The position numbers were made by a program, and so were the translations under genes. The notes beneath the pieces are model-generated. The model had not been told where the DNA came from, searched no databases, and worked only from the letters and a program-made list of their open reading frames with translations. From NCBI GenBank assembly GCA_963713275.1, contig CAVQLG010000013.1, positions 38,639 through 102,638 of the forward strand: a DNA stretch of 64,000 nucleotides. Reading direction: 5' to 3'. Origin of the DNA: an uncultured beta proteobacterium. Lineage in GTDB: Bacteria > Pseudomonadota > Gammaproteobacteria > Burkholderiales > Casimicrobiaceae. Shown one piece after another: positions 45,787-57,635 of the stretch. Each line of letters starts with the position of its first letter. The stretch's first letter is position 1.

Positions 45787-46471
45787 ATGAAGCCGGTTCG
45801 TCAACGTCCGCGGTGACCAGGGCCTCTGGCGTCCCCTCGGCCACGGCGCTCGGGTCAAGATGCTGCACGACGGACCCGACACGCGCAGCGTGCTGATCGA
45901 GCTCGCCCCGGGCGGGACGTTGCCGGCGCACCGCCATCACGAGCACGAGGAGTGCGTCGTGCTGCGCGGCGAAGCCCGTTTGGGCGAGCTCGTCGTGCGG
46001 CAAGGCGACTACCACGTCGCGCCCAAGGGCAGCCGCCACGGGGCCGTCGCGTCGCGCGACGGTGCGCTTCTCTACCTGCGTGGCGTGCCCATCGGCGATC
46101 CCTTGGAAGTCGCCCGCGACCTCGTCAGCGCGTGGGTGCCGGGCAAGGACGTGGCCCCCATCACCGTCCGGGCCGACGAAGGGCGGTGGCTGGACCTGTT
46201 GCCGGGCGTACGCACCAAGCCGCTGTGGAAGGATGGCCCGGCGCAGTCGATGCTGATCCGGATGCAGCCCGGGGCGCGGGTGCCCGGGCATCCTCACGTC
46301 ATCGACGAGGAATGCCTGATGCTCGAGGGGGAGATGTTCCTGGGCGACACCCTGATGCGCGGCGGGGACTACCGGCTCGCGCCGGCCGGGACCGACGACG
46401 GCGACGTCGTCTCGGACGTCGGTGCATTGTTCTTCGTGCGCGGCGCGATGGAGCACGCGCCGGCGCCGTAG
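45787..46471 (+). pseudogene. ChrR-like bicupin protein; the N-terminus appears displaced by a 1-nt insertion after codon 3 (alternatively a CDS starting at ATG 45860)
   Basis: Two cupin modules (…LPAHRHHEHEECVVLRGE…, …VPGHPHVIDEECLMLEGE…). The in-frame sequence upstream of ATG 45860 encodes FVNVRGDQGLWRPLGHGARVK, typical of this family's N-terminus. It is closed by a TGA at 45788 that overlaps an out-of-frame ATG-AAG-CCG at 45787. Confidence 0.6.
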
Positions 46472-46485
46472 GGCGGCGGGTTTTT

Positions 46486-46515
46486 GCCCCGGCATTCGGC
46501 GAACGATGCCGGGGC
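46486..46515 (+). terminator. Rho-independent terminator after the bicupin gene
   Basis: gccccggcat-N10-atgccggggc is a perfect 10-bp stem, followed by cggTTTcgTTcT. It lies 15 nt after the stop codon. Confidence 0.6.
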
Positions 46516-46797
46516 CGGTTTCGTTCTCCAGCACGCGCTCGAGGCTCAACAGGGCCGGAAGGCGCCTGGCGCGCCTCCCCTTTGCGCATGGCGGTCGTCA
46601 CAACGCGCGGCGGGCGGGCGCGCGGGCGCTTCCGGCCGCACCGGCGACGCTCCGGAAAGCGGCGGGTCGGCGGCGAACTCGCGTAAACTCCGCGTCGCCC
46701 TGCCCTGCCGCAGCCGCGACACGCTCCGGTGCGTGGCCGGCAGGGCCCCGGCGGACGCGGCTCGACGCGGCCGCCGCCCCCAGACGCAGACCCCACC

Positions 46798-48189
46798 GTG
46801 GCTCACTGGCTTCCCACCATCGTCCTCGTCGGCCGCCCGAACGTCGGGAAATCGACGCTGTTCAACCGGATCACGCGAACGCGCGCTGCGCTGGTCGCCG
46901 ACTTGCCGGGCCTCACCCGCGACCGCCACTACGGACGGGCGCGCTTCGGCGACCGCTCGTTCCTGGTCGTCGACACCGGCGGCTTCGAGCCGGTCGCGAA
47001 GGACGGCATCCTGCACGAGATGGCGAAGCAGACGAGGGCCGCGATCGCCGAGTCCGACGTGATCGTCTTCCTCGTCGACGCGCGCAGCGGAACGACCGCG
47101 CAGGATCGCGACATCGCCGACCTGCTGCGGCGGTCGGAGCGGCCGATCGTCATCGCGGTCAACAAGGCGGAGGGGATGCAGTCCGAGCGAGCCGCCGCAG
47201 AGTTCTACGAGCTGGGCCTCGGTGAACCCCACCCCATCTCGTCGGCGCACGGCGACAACGTCGCGGCGCTGGTGGAGGAAGCGTTGTCGCGGCTTCCGCC
47301 CGAGGCCGTGCCCGAGGATGCGCCGGCGCAGCCGGATGCCGAGCCGGGCGAGGCGCGGGCCGCGGGCCCGGTCAAGGTGGCGATCGTCGGTCGCCCCAAC
47401 GTCGGCAAGTCGACGCTGGTCAACGCGCTGCTGGGCGAGGAGCGGATGATCGCGTTCGACGAACCCGGCACCACCCGCGACTCGATCTACGTCGACTTCG
47501 AGCGGCACGGCCGACGCTACACGCTGATCGACACCGCCGGCGTCCGGCGCCGCGGCAAGGTGTTCGAGGCGGTCGAGAAGTTCTCGGTGATCAAGACGAT
47601 GCAGGCGATCGAGCACGCGAACGTCGTGGTCCTGCTGCTCGACGCACAACAGGGAATCTCCGAGCAGGACGCGCACCTCGCCGGCTTCATCCTGGAGACC
47701 GGCCGCGCGCTCGTCCTCGGCATCAACAAGTGGGACGGCCTGACCGCGCAGCAGCGCGACGAGGTCAAGCGCGAGGTGGACCGCACGCTGGGCTTCCTGT
47801 CGTTCGCGGCGCACCACACCCTCTCGGCCCGGGCGGGAACCGGAATCGCCGCGCTGCTGCGCTCGGTCGACGCCGCGTACGCCGCGGCGATGTCCCGGCT
47901 GCCCACCCCCAAGCTCACCCGGGCGCTGATCGCGGCCGTCGAACGCCAGCAGCCCCCGCGCGCCGGCGGGGGCAGGCCGAAGCTTCGCTACGCGCACCAG
48001 GGCGGGCAGAATCCCCCGCTCATCGTCGTGCACGGCACGGCGCTGGCGCAGGTCCCGGAGTCCTACCGGCGTTATCTGGAACGTTTCTTCATGGAGACGT
48101 TCAAACTGCGCGGAACACCGCTTCGGGTACAATTCAAGTCCGGCGTCAACCCGTATGCGGACCCTTCGAACCGCCGCCAGGCCCATTGA
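46798..48189 (+). CDS. der: Ribosome-associated GTPase Der (EngA)
   Basis: Two G domains, each with [10 protein letters not shown](F/V)N, and a KH-like C-terminus. GTG 46798 chosen just before …[12 protein letters not shown]. Confidence 0.93.
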   Translation: MAHWLPTIVLVGRPNVGKSTLFNRITRTRAALVADLPGLTRDRHYGRARFGDRSFLVVDTGGFEPVAKDGILHEMAKQTRAAIAESDVIVFLVDARSGTTAQDRDIADLLRRSERPIVIAVNKAEGMQSERAAAEFYELGLGEPHPISSAHGDNVAALVEEALSRLPPEAVPEDAPAQPDAEPGEARAAGPVKVAIVGRPNVGKSTLVNALLGEERMIAFDEPGTTRDSIYVDFERHGRRYTLIDTAGVRRRGKVFEAVEKFSVIKTMQAIEHANVVVLLLDAQQGISEQDAHLAGFILETGRALVLGINKWDGLTAQQRDEVKREVDRTLGFLSFAAHHTLSARAGTGIAALLRSVDAAYAAAMSRLPTPKLTRALIAAVERQQPPRAGGGRPKLRYAHQGGQNPPLIVVHGTALAQVPESYRRYLERFFMETFKLRGTPLRVQFKSGVNPYADPSNRRQAH

Positions 48190-48291
48190 AACCCCGAACC
48201 GTGCGCCCGATCGTGGGTCGTTGGGGTCCCGGAAGGCCCTGTGGCGGTCCGCCGGCGGCGGCCCGGCCCACAACAACACGCGGAGCAAGCG

Positions 48292-48540
48292 ATGAGTGCC
48301 AAAGGGCAAATGCTACAAGACCCGTTCCTGAACATCCTGCGCAAGGAACACGTGCAGGTGTCGATCTACCTCGTCAACGGCATCAAGCTCCAGGGGCAGA
48401 TCGAGTCGTTCGACCAGTACGTCGTCCTGCTCAAGAACACCGTCACGCAGATGGTCTATAAACACGCGATCTCGACGGTCGTTCCCTCGCGCGCGGTCTC
48501 GATGCCGCAGCACGCGCCCAGCGGCGACACCGAGGGTTGA
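48292..48540 (+). CDS. hfq: RNA chaperone Hfq
   Basis: [65 protein letters not shown]. Confidence 0.97.
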   Translation: MSAKGQMLQDPFLNILRKEHVQVSIYLVNGIKLQGQIESFDQYVVLLKNTVTQMVYKHAISTVVPSRAVSMPQHAPSGDTEG

Positions 48541-48615
48541 TCACCACGGCGCGACACTTGCCCATCGGCGCGGCAGCGCCGGGTTGCCGGCGCCGGTGCG
48601 TCACCGGCGGACGGC

Positions 48616-49749
48616 ATGTTTGAGCGACCCTCCGGCGGAGACCGCGCGCTGCTCGTCTGCCTGGACCTCGGCCAGGGGGATCCCGAGCAACGCATCGGCG
48701 AGCTCGACGCGCTGGCCGTTTCCGCGGGCGCAACCGTGGTCGGGCACGTCACCGGGCGGCGGCTGCGTCCGGACGCCGCGCTCTTCGCAGGCAAGGGCAA
48801 GGTCGAGGAGATCGGAGTCCTCCGCGCGGCGGCCGAAGCCGACCTCGTCATCTTCGACCACGCGCTCACGGGAGCGCAGCAGCGCAACCTGGAGCGCGCG
48901 CTGCAATGCCGCGTGGTCGACCGGGTGAGTCTCATCCTGGACATCTTCGCGCTGCGCGCGCGCAGCGCCGAGGGCAAGCTGCAGGTCGAACTCGCGCAGG
49001 TAAAACACCAGCTCACGCGGCTCGTGGGCGGCTGGACCCACCTCGAGCGGCAGAAGGGCGGCATCGGACTGCGGGGCCCGGGCGAAACGCAGCTCGAGAC
49101 CGACCGCCGCCTGCTCGGCAACCGTGCCCGCGTCCTCAACCACCGGCTCGTCCACGTCGCCCGCCAGCGCGCCACGCAGAGCCGCACGCGACGGCGCGCT
49201 TCGGTGCGCACCGTCGCGCTGGTCGGCTACACCAACGCGGGCAAGTCGACCCTGTTCAACCGCCTCACGCGCGCCCGCGCCTACGCGGCCGACCAGCTGT
49301 TCGCGACGCTCGACACCACGCTGCGCCGCTTCCATGTCCCCGGCGCCGACCCGATCGTGCTCTCCGACACGGTCGGCTTCATCCGTGACCTGCCCCACGA
49401 CCTCGTCGCCGCGTTCCGCGCGACGCTGTCCGAGGCCGCCGACGCCGACCTGCTGCTGCACGTGATCGACGCGAGCCACGGCAACCGTGAAGAGCAGATC
49501 GCGGCGGTCGAGACGGTGCTGGCCGAGATTGGCGCCGACCGCGTGCCGCAGGTTCGCGTCTGGAACAAGATCGATGCGACACGAACCCCCCCAGGCAGCA
49601 GCAGAGACGAATCTGGTATGATTTCGGACGTCCGACTGAGCGCTTTGACGGGCGACGGCTGCGCCGAGTTGCGCGCCGCACTGGCCGAGCGGTTCCCGGC
49701 TGAAGTGTCGTTGTCGAACGCTCTCGCCATCCCCACCGTCGACCCCTGA
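48616..49749 (+). CDS. hflX: GTPase HflX
   Basis: …[17 protein letters not shown]…DTVGFIRDLPH…. Conserved hfq-hflX-hflK-hflC order. Confidence 0.95.
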   Translation: MFERPSGGDRALLVCLDLGQGDPEQRIGELDALAVSAGATVVGHVTGRRLRPDAALFAGKGKVEEIGVLRAAAEADLVIFDHALTGAQQRNLERALQCRVVDRVSLILDIFALRARSAEGKLQVELAQVKHQLTRLVGGWTHLERQKGGIGLRGPGETQLETDRRLLGNRARVLNHRLVHVARQRATQSRTRRRASVRTVALVGYTNAGKSTLFNRLTRARAYAADQLFATLDTTLRRFHVPGADPIVLSDTVGFIRDLPHDLVAAFRATLSEAADADLLLHVIDASHGNREEQIAAVETVLAEIGADRVPQVRVWNKIDATRTPPGSSRDESGMISDVRLSALTGDGCAELRAALAERFPAEVSLSNALAIPTVDP

Positions 49750-49804
49750 ACGCGTGCCGGAGTCCGCGGCGCCCTGATCCCGCTTTTTCGGTAGATTCTC
49801 TCTT

Positions 49805-51034
49805 ATGTCGCTCAACGATCCGCAGTGGGGCAAGCGCGGCAGCGGCGGCGGGCCGCCCGATCTCGACGAGATCCTGCGCAACGTCAATCGCCGCCTGGCC
49901 GAGCTCTTCGGACGCCGCCCGGGCGGGGACGGCAACCCCCCGCCTGCGGGGCCGTCCGGTCGCCGCCTGCGCCTGCCGACGGGCGGGGCCGGCATCCTGG
50001 TCGCGCTGGTGTTGGTGGTCTGGCTCGCCAGCGGGTTCTACATCGTCGACGAGGGACGCCGCGGCGTGGTCACCCGCTTCGGGAAGTACACCGAGACGAC
50101 GCAGCCCGGCCCGCGCTGGCACCTGCCGTTTCCGGTCGAGGCGGTCGAGCTCGTCGACTTCTCGCAGGTCAAGACCATCGAGATCGGCTACCGGAACACG
50201 CCGAAGAACAAGGTCGAGCGCGAGGCGCTGTCGCTCACCGACGACGAGAACATCATCGACATCCAGTTCGCGGTCCAGTACAACCTCAAGAGCGCAGAGG
50301 ACTACCTGTTCAACGTCCGGCGCCCGGACCAGACGGTCGCCTTCGTCGCCGAGACCGCGATGCGCGAGGTCATCGGCAAGGCGAAGATGGACTTCGCGCT
50401 GTACGAAGGCCGCGAGCAGATCGCCAAGTCGACCGAGAAGCTGATGCAGGAGATGCTGGACCGCTACGGCACCGGCATCTACGTCCAGAAGGTCACGCTG
50501 CAGAACGTGCAGCCGCCCGACAAGGTGCAGGCGGCGTTCGACGACGCGGTGAAGGCGGGGCAGGACCGCGAGCGCTTCCGCAACGAAGGCCAGGCCTACG
50601 CCAACGACGTCGTGCCGCGCGCGCGCGGCAACGCGTCGCGGCTCATCGAGGAGGCGAACGGCTACCAGGCCGAGGTCGTGCAGAAGGCCGACGGCGACGC
50701 GTCGCGCTTCCGCCAGATCCTCGTCGAATACGCCAAGGCGCCCGGCGTCACCCGCGAGCGCCTCTACCTCGACATGATGCAGTCGGTGGTCGGCAGCTCG
50801 AGCAAGGTCCTGGTCGACCAAAAGGCCGGCGGCAACAGCCTGCTCTACCTGCCGCTCGACAAGCTGATCCAGCAGAGCGCGCCCCCGGTCGCGCCGGCCG
50901 CGAGCACGCCTGCCGCGGACCCCTCGGCGGCCCGACCGTCGGTCCCGCCGCCGGCCGAGACCACGACGACGCTCGATCCCAACCGCTCGCGCGAGTCGCT
51001 GCGCACGCGCGAGCGCGGAGGTGAATCGCGATGA
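49805..51034 (+). CDS. hflK: FtsH protease modulator HflK
   Basis: Band-7/SPFH domain with an N-terminal TM (ILVALVLVVWLASGFYIV). …QNVQPPDKVQAAFDDAVKAGQDRER…. Confidence 0.95.
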   Translation: MSLNDPQWGKRGSGGGPPDLDEILRNVNRRLAELFGRRPGGDGNPPPAGPSGRRLRLPTGGAGILVALVLVVWLASGFYIVDEGRRGVVTRFGKYTETTQPGPRWHLPFPVEAVELVDFSQVKTIEIGYRNTPKNKVEREALSLTDDENIIDIQFAVQYNLKSAEDYLFNVRRPDQTVAFVAETAMREVIGKAKMDFALYEGREQIAKSTEKLMQEMLDRYGTGIYVQKVTLQNVQPPDKVQAAFDDAVKAGQDRERFRNEGQAYANDVVPRARGNASRLIEEANGYQAEVVQKADGDASRFRQILVEYAKAPGVTRERLYLDMMQSVVGSSSKVLVDQKAGGNSLLYLPLDKLIQQSAPPVAPAASTPAADPSAARPSVPPPAETTTTLDPNRSRESLRTRERGGESR

Positions 51035-51918
51035 AGTTCACGATGCCGCTGCTCGCGCTCCTCGTCGCCGTGCTGCTGGTCCTGTCGCAGGCGCTGTACA
51101 CGGTCGACCAGAAGCAGTACGCGATCCGCTTCCAGCTGGGCGAGATCATCGAGACCCAGCCCAACGCCGGCCTCTACTTCAAGGTGCCGCTGCTGCAGAA
51201 CGTCAAGTACTACGACAAGCGCATCCTCACGCTCGACAACCCCGAGCCCGACCGCATCACGACCTCGGAGAAGAAGCCGCTGCTCGTCGATTTCGTCGTC
51301 CAGTGGCGCATCACCGACGTCAAGCAGTTCTACGTCAGCGTGCAGGGCGACGAGGAGGCGGCCCGCCGCCGCCTGTCGCAGACCGTGCGCGCCAACCTGG
51401 CCGAGGAGTTCAACAAGCGGACCATCCACGACGCGATCTCGGGCGAACGCGACAAGATCATGGCCACGACGCGGCAGAAGGCCGACCAGGACGCCAAGAC
51501 GATCGGCGTCGAGATCGTCGACGTGCGGCTGCGCCGCGTCGAGCTGCCGCCCGACGTCACCGGGCCGGTCTACGCGCGGATGGAGTCCGAGCGGCGACGG
51601 GTCGCGAACGAGTTGCGGTCGCTCGGCCAGGCCGAGTCCGAGAAGATCCGCGCCGACGCCGACCGGCAGCGGGTGGTCATCCTCGCCGACGCCTACAAGC
51701 AGGCCCAGAAGGTCAAGGGCGACGGCGACGCCAAGGCGTCGGCGATCTACGCGCAGGCGTACGGCGCGAATCCCGAGTTCTACGCGTTCTACCGCAGCCT
51801 CGAGGCGTACCGGGCGACGTTCCGCAACAAGAGCGACGTCTTGGTGCTGGACCCGAACTCCGAGTTCTTCCGCTATCTCAGGAGCCAGGGCGGGCAGGGA
51901 TCGAAGCCCGGCAAGTAG
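51031..51918 (+). CDS. hflC: FtsH protease modulator HflC
   Basis: SPFH domain. MKFTMPLLALLVAVLLVLSQALYTVDQ…. The ATG overlaps the hflK stop. Confidence 0.95.
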   Translation: MKFTMPLLALLVAVLLVLSQALYTVDQKQYAIRFQLGEIIETQPNAGLYFKVPLLQNVKYYDKRILTLDNPEPDRITTSEKKPLLVDFVVQWRITDVKQFYVSVQGDEEAARRRLSQTVRANLAEEFNKRTIHDAISGERDKIMATTRQKADQDAKTIGVEIVDVRLRRVELPPDVTGPVYARMESERRRVANELRSLGQAESEKIRADADRQRVVILADAYKQAQKVKGDGDAKASAIYAQAYGANPEFYAFYRSLEAYRATFRNKSDVLVLDPNSEFFRYLRSQGGQGSKPGK

Positions 51919-51954
51919 CCGGGGGCGCGGCGCGTTCGACGCGAAGGGGATGGG

Positions 51955-52138
51955 GTGCAGGAATCGCTGCTCGCGGCGCTCGCGCTGGTGCTCGTGGTCG
52001 AGGGCGTGCTGCCGCTGTTCGCGCCGCAGCTCTGGCGCGAGAGCTTCCGCCGCCTGCTCGACCTCACCGACGGGCAGCTGCGCTTCATCGGGCTGGTGGC
52101 GATCGTACTCGGGCTCGCCGGCTACGCGCTCGTGTCCG

Positions 52139-52146
<8 letters not shown>
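51955..52146 (+). CDS. DUF2065 family small membrane protein
   Basis: A 63-aa two-TM protein (…LALVLVVEGVLPLFAPQLWR…FIGLVAIVLGLAGYAL). GTG start with a GGGGA RBS. Conserved position between hflC and hisZ. Confidence 0.8.
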
Positions 52147-54449
<2,303 letters not shown>

Positions 54450-54514
54450 CGCCGGCGCGCGCTCGGACCCGCCGCGAGAGCCGCGGGCGGTCGGCACCAC
54501 CCTAGAGGGAAAAG

Positions 54515-55024
54515 ATGGCAGGCCTGCACGTGAGCTGGGACCAGTACCACACGCTGGTCGAACGACTGGCGCTCAACGTCCACGAGTCCGGATTCGCCTT
54601 CAACCAGATCATCTGCATCGCCCGCGGGGGCCTGCGCGTCGGCGACGTGCTGTCGCGCATCTACGAGCGGCCGCTCGCGATCCTGTCGACGCACTCGTAC
54701 GCCGCGGAAGGCGGAACGATCCGCGGCGAACTGGTGATCGCCGAGCACATGACGATGACCGCGCCGCGCCTGGGCGACCGGATTCTGCTGGTCGACGACA
54801 TGGTCGACTCCGGACACACGCTCGCCGCGGTCCACCTGACGTTGCCGCAGCGCTGGCCGCACATTGCGGTATGCAAGACGGCGGTGCTGTGGTGGAAGGG
54901 CTGCTCGGTGTTCAAGCCCGACTTCTTCGTCGAGCACCTTCCGGACAACCCCTGGATCCACCAGCCCTTCGAGGTTTACGACACGCTGCGTCCCGAGGAC
55001 CTGCGGACCCGGCTCGGCGGCTGA
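54515..55024 (+). CDS. Phosphoribosyltransferase family protein (purine PRTase-like)
   Basis: PRPP-binding motif RILLVDDMVDSGHTL. 169 aa. Adjacent to purA. Confidence 0.8.
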   Translation: MAGLHVSWDQYHTLVERLALNVHESGFAFNQIICIARGGLRVGDVLSRIYERPLAILSTHSYAAEGGTIRGELVIAEHMTMTAPRLGDRILLVDDMVDSGHTLAAVHLTLPQRWPHIAVCKTAVLWWKGCSVFKPDFFVEHLPDNPWIHQPFEVYDTLRPEDLRTRLGG

Positions 55025-55046
55025 GAAGCGCAGCGCAGCAAGAAAA

Positions 55047-55069
55047 GCGGCCCGGGGTCACCGGGCCGT
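55047..55069. terminator. Bidirectional hairpin terminator between convergent genes
   Basis: gcggcccgg-ggtca-ccgggccgt forms the stem and loop. It is flanked by AAAAG on the left and TTCT on the right, so either strand sees a T-rich tail. Confidence 0.5.
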
Positions 55070-55117
55070 TCTGCCGGCGAGAGCGCATGAGCGCAGCCGC
55101 CGGGGGGATCGCCAGGA

Positions 55118-55678
55118 TCACTTCGCGGTCTTGCGCGAGGCCTTCTTCGCCGCCGGCTTTTTCGCGGCGGTCTTCCTGACGGCCGCCTTCTTCGCGGTGG
55201 TCTTCCTGACGGCCGCCTTCTTGGCCGCGGGCTTGCGGCCAGCCGCCTTCTTCGCGACGGCCTTCTTCGCCGCGGGACGCTTCGCCGCCGGCTTCTTGGC
55301 CACGGCCTTCTTCACCTTGGCCCTGGCCGTCTTCACGGCCCTCACCGCGCTCGCTTCGACGCTCTTCGCCCTCTTGGTCACGGTCTTCGTCACGGCGCGT
55401 TTGGCTTTCGCGACCTCGCGCTGCGCGCCCTTGGCGGCGCCCTTGGCTTTCGCCACGACCTTCTTCGCCTCGGCCTTCATCTTCCTGGCCTCGCCGGCCA
55501 CCGCCTTTCTGGCCGATCCGACCGCCTTGGTCGCCTTGGCCCGCACGGCCTTCACTTGCTTGACGGCCTTGGCCTCGACGCTTTTCGCTTCGGACGCGAT
55601 CGACTGACCGACCTCCTGCGCCTTTTCCTTCACCGATTCGACCATCGAACCGACCTTCGACAACAGATCATTGCTCAT
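55118..55678 (-). CDS. Ala/Lys-repeat histone H1-like (AlgP/PhaF-tail-like) basic protein
   Basis: MSNDLLSKVGSMVESVKEKAQEVG… coiled N-terminus, then a long AKKA/AAKK-type repeat tail (…KKPAAKRPAAKKAVAKKAAGRKPAAKKAAVRKTTAKKAAVRKTAAKKPAAKKASRKTAK). The DNA contains a near-perfect 30-nt tandem duplication around 55165-55225. Confidence 0.75.
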   Translation of the reverse strand: MSNDLLSKVGSMVESVKEKAQEVGQSIASEAKSVEAKAVKQVKAVRAKATKAVGSARKAVAGEARKMKAEAKKVVAKAKGAAKGAQREVAKAKRAVTKTVTKRAKSVEASAVRAVKTARAKVKKAVAKKPAAKRPAAKKAVAKKAAGRKPAAKKAAVRKTTAKKAAVRKTAAKKPAAKKASRKTAK

Positions 55679-56022
55679 GCCTGGCTCCGGGTTCCTGTCT
55701 TGGGTTGCACGGGTTGTGTTGGCGAGCAGAAGATCGCGGCTGCATGCGTCCTCCGTCCGCGGGCGTTGTTGCGCGCGCCCAACGCGAAGCATACCGCGAT
55801 CCGCTGCGGCGTTCGTAGTTGCAACGCCGCTGCGAAGAGCAATTCGCGCGCGTCGCGTTGTGTTCCGGCAACGACGCGCCCGGCTGCTAACGCGAGCCAC
55901 GTACGCGGGACCGCGCGCGGCAGCGGGCATGTGACGCGACGCGCCGGCTCTGCGACAATGCGCCGATCCTGACGTCCCGGGGCGAGGCGTCGCCCGCACC
56001 CCTTTCTGCCGCACTGCTCGCG

Positions 56023-57186
56023 ATGACTGCCGCCGTCCATCCCATCGTTCGTAGCCGCCTTCCGGCCACCGGCACCACGGTGTTCTCGGTGATGTCGGCG
56101 CTCGCCGCGCAATACGGAGCCGTGAACCTCGGCCAGGGCTTTCCCGACTACCCGATCGACCCGGTCCTGATCGATCTCGTCACTGCGGCAATGCACGCCG
56201 GCCACAACCAGTACCCGCTGATGACCGGCGTCGCCGCGCTGCGCGAGGCGATCGCGCGCAAGGTCCTGCGGCTCTACGGCCGCGCCTACGACCCGGAGCA
56301 CGAGATCACCGTCACGACGGGCGCCACCCAGGCGATCTTCACCACGATCGGTGCGCTCGCGCATCCGGGCGACGAGGTGATCGTCTTCGAGCCCGCCTAC
56401 GACAGCTACGTGCCGGCGGTGCGCCTGGCCGGCGCGATTCCCGTGCGCTTGCCGCTGAGCTTCCCCGACTACCGGATCGACTGGGACCGCGTGCGCGCCG
56501 CGGTGACGCCGCGAACCCGCCTCGTCGTCGTCAACACGCCGAACAACCCGGGCACCAGCGTGCTGTCGGCGGCGGACCTCGACGCGCTCGCCGCGATCAC
56601 GCGCGGGGGCGACATCCTGGTGCTTTCCGACGAAGTCTACGAGCACATGGTCTACGGCGGCCGGGAGCATCTCTCCCTCGCCGGCCACGACGAGCTCGCG
56701 CTGCGCAGCATCGTCGTCGGCTCGTTCGGCAAGACCTTCCACGCCACCGGCTGGAAGGTCGGTTACGCGCTCGCCCCACCGGCGATCGCCGCCGAGATCC
56801 GGCGCGTCCACCAGTTCACCGTGTTTACGGTCAACGCCCCGATGCAGCACGCGCTGGCGGCGTTTCTCGCCGACCCCGCGCGCTACGAGAGCCTGCCGGC
56901 GTTCTTCGAGCGCAAGCGCAACCTGCTGCTCGAGGCGCTGGCCAGCGCGCCGCTCGACCTCCTGCCCTGCCAGGGCAGCTATTTCCTGCTCGCCCGCTAC
57001 GCCCGGGTCAGCGACGAGCCGGCGAGCGCATTCGCGCAGCGCCTGGTCCGCGATTACGGCGTGGCGACGATTCCGCTCTCGGCGTTCTACCAGGACGGCA
57101 CCGACCACCGGGTCATCCGGTTCTGCTTCGCCAAGCGCGACGAGACGCTGCTCGAGGCCGCACGGCGGCTGCAGCGCTTGCGTTGA
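56023..57186 (+). CDS. PLP-dependent aminotransferase, class I/II (methionine aminotransferase YbdL-like)
   Basis: …NLGQGFPDYPIDP…, …HNQYPLMTGVAALREAIA…, …SFGKTFHATGWKVGY… (PLP lysine context). Confidence 0.88.
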   Translation: MTAAVHPIVRSRLPATGTTVFSVMSALAAQYGAVNLGQGFPDYPIDPVLIDLVTAAMHAGHNQYPLMTGVAALREAIARKVLRLYGRAYDPEHEITVTTGATQAIFTTIGALAHPGDEVIVFEPAYDSYVPAVRLAGAIPVRLPLSFPDYRIDWDRVRAAVTPRTRLVVVNTPNNPGTSVLSAADLDALAAITRGGDILVLSDEVYEHMVYGGREHLSLAGHDELALRSIVVGSFGKTFHATGWKVGYALAPPAIAAEIRRVHQFTVFTVNAPMQHALAAFLADPARYESLPAFFERKRNLLLEALASAPLDLLPCQGSYFLLARYARVSDEPASAFAQRLVRDYGVATIPLSAFYQDGTDHRVIRFCFAKRDETLLEAARRLQRLR

Positions 57187-57473
57187 GGAGGTCCGAGCGG
57201 ACCGGCAGGAAGTCCCGTGCACCTGGACGCCGTGCGAACCACGCAGCGCAGCGGCGGTTCGACCGGTGGGCGCGGCGGCCGGTGCGGGTGGAAGGCGCCA
57301 CCGCCACCCGGGCGTGTCGGCACCGGGCCGGCCGGCGTATAGTAGAGACGCCGCTCGCGAGGGGGCGGTGCTTCGCCGGCGGACGCTCGCGAGCGGACCC
57401 GCGGGCGCGGCGCGCCGCGGGCGAACCGCTCGAGGCCGGCGGGCTGGCGTTTCGCGCGCGCACCCGCCAAAGG

Positions 57474-57498
57474 AAACAGGCGCCCGAAGCGCCTGTTT
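57474..57498. terminator. Hairpin terminator (aaacaggcgc-ccgaa-gcgcctgttt) downstream of tRNA-Leu, also facing the aminotransferase gene
   Basis: Perfect 10-bp stem with a 5-nt loop, 15 nt beyond the tRNA 3' end. Followed by TTTCCTTT on the minus strand and TTTCG on the plus strand. Confidence 0.65.
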
Positions 57499-57512
57499 CG
57501 TCACCGCATCCT

Positions 57513-57599
57513 TGGTGCCCAGAAGAGGACTCGAACCTCCACAGTGTCGCCACCGCTAGGACCTGAACCTAGTGCGTCTACCAATTCCGCCATCTGGGC
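57513..57599 (-). tRNA. tRNA-Leu (anticodon CAG), with encoded CCA
   Basis: The reverse complement reads GCCCAGATGGCGGAATTGGTAGACGCACTAGGTTCAGGTCCTAGCGGTGGCGACACTGTGGAGGTTCGAGTCCTCTTCTGGGCACCA. It has an acceptor stem GCCCAGA/TCTGGGC, anticodon stem CTAGG/CCTAG with loop TTCAGGT, a long variable arm and a GGTTCGAGTCC T-loop. Confidence 0.93.
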
Positions 57600-57635
57600 A
57601 ACGGCAATCGATCATTCTACTTTCGGCATCCCACC

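Noticed and set aside
54864-55607. A 247-aa Phe/Ala-rich 'membrane-like' ORF on the plus strand.
   Set aside because: It is the complement of the AAG/GCC-rich repeats of the H1-like gene (Lys/Ala codons read backwards give Phe/Ala). It has no start context and is a mirror artefact.
57330-57440. GC-rich inverted repeats (ccgctcgcgag…ctcgcgagcgg; cgcggcgcgccgcg) in the aminotransferase-tRNA spacer as a possible sRNA or REP element.
   Set aside because: These are short stems made of CG-rich palindromes that are common at this GC content. I see no promoter/terminator pair bracketing them and no second copy in the window.
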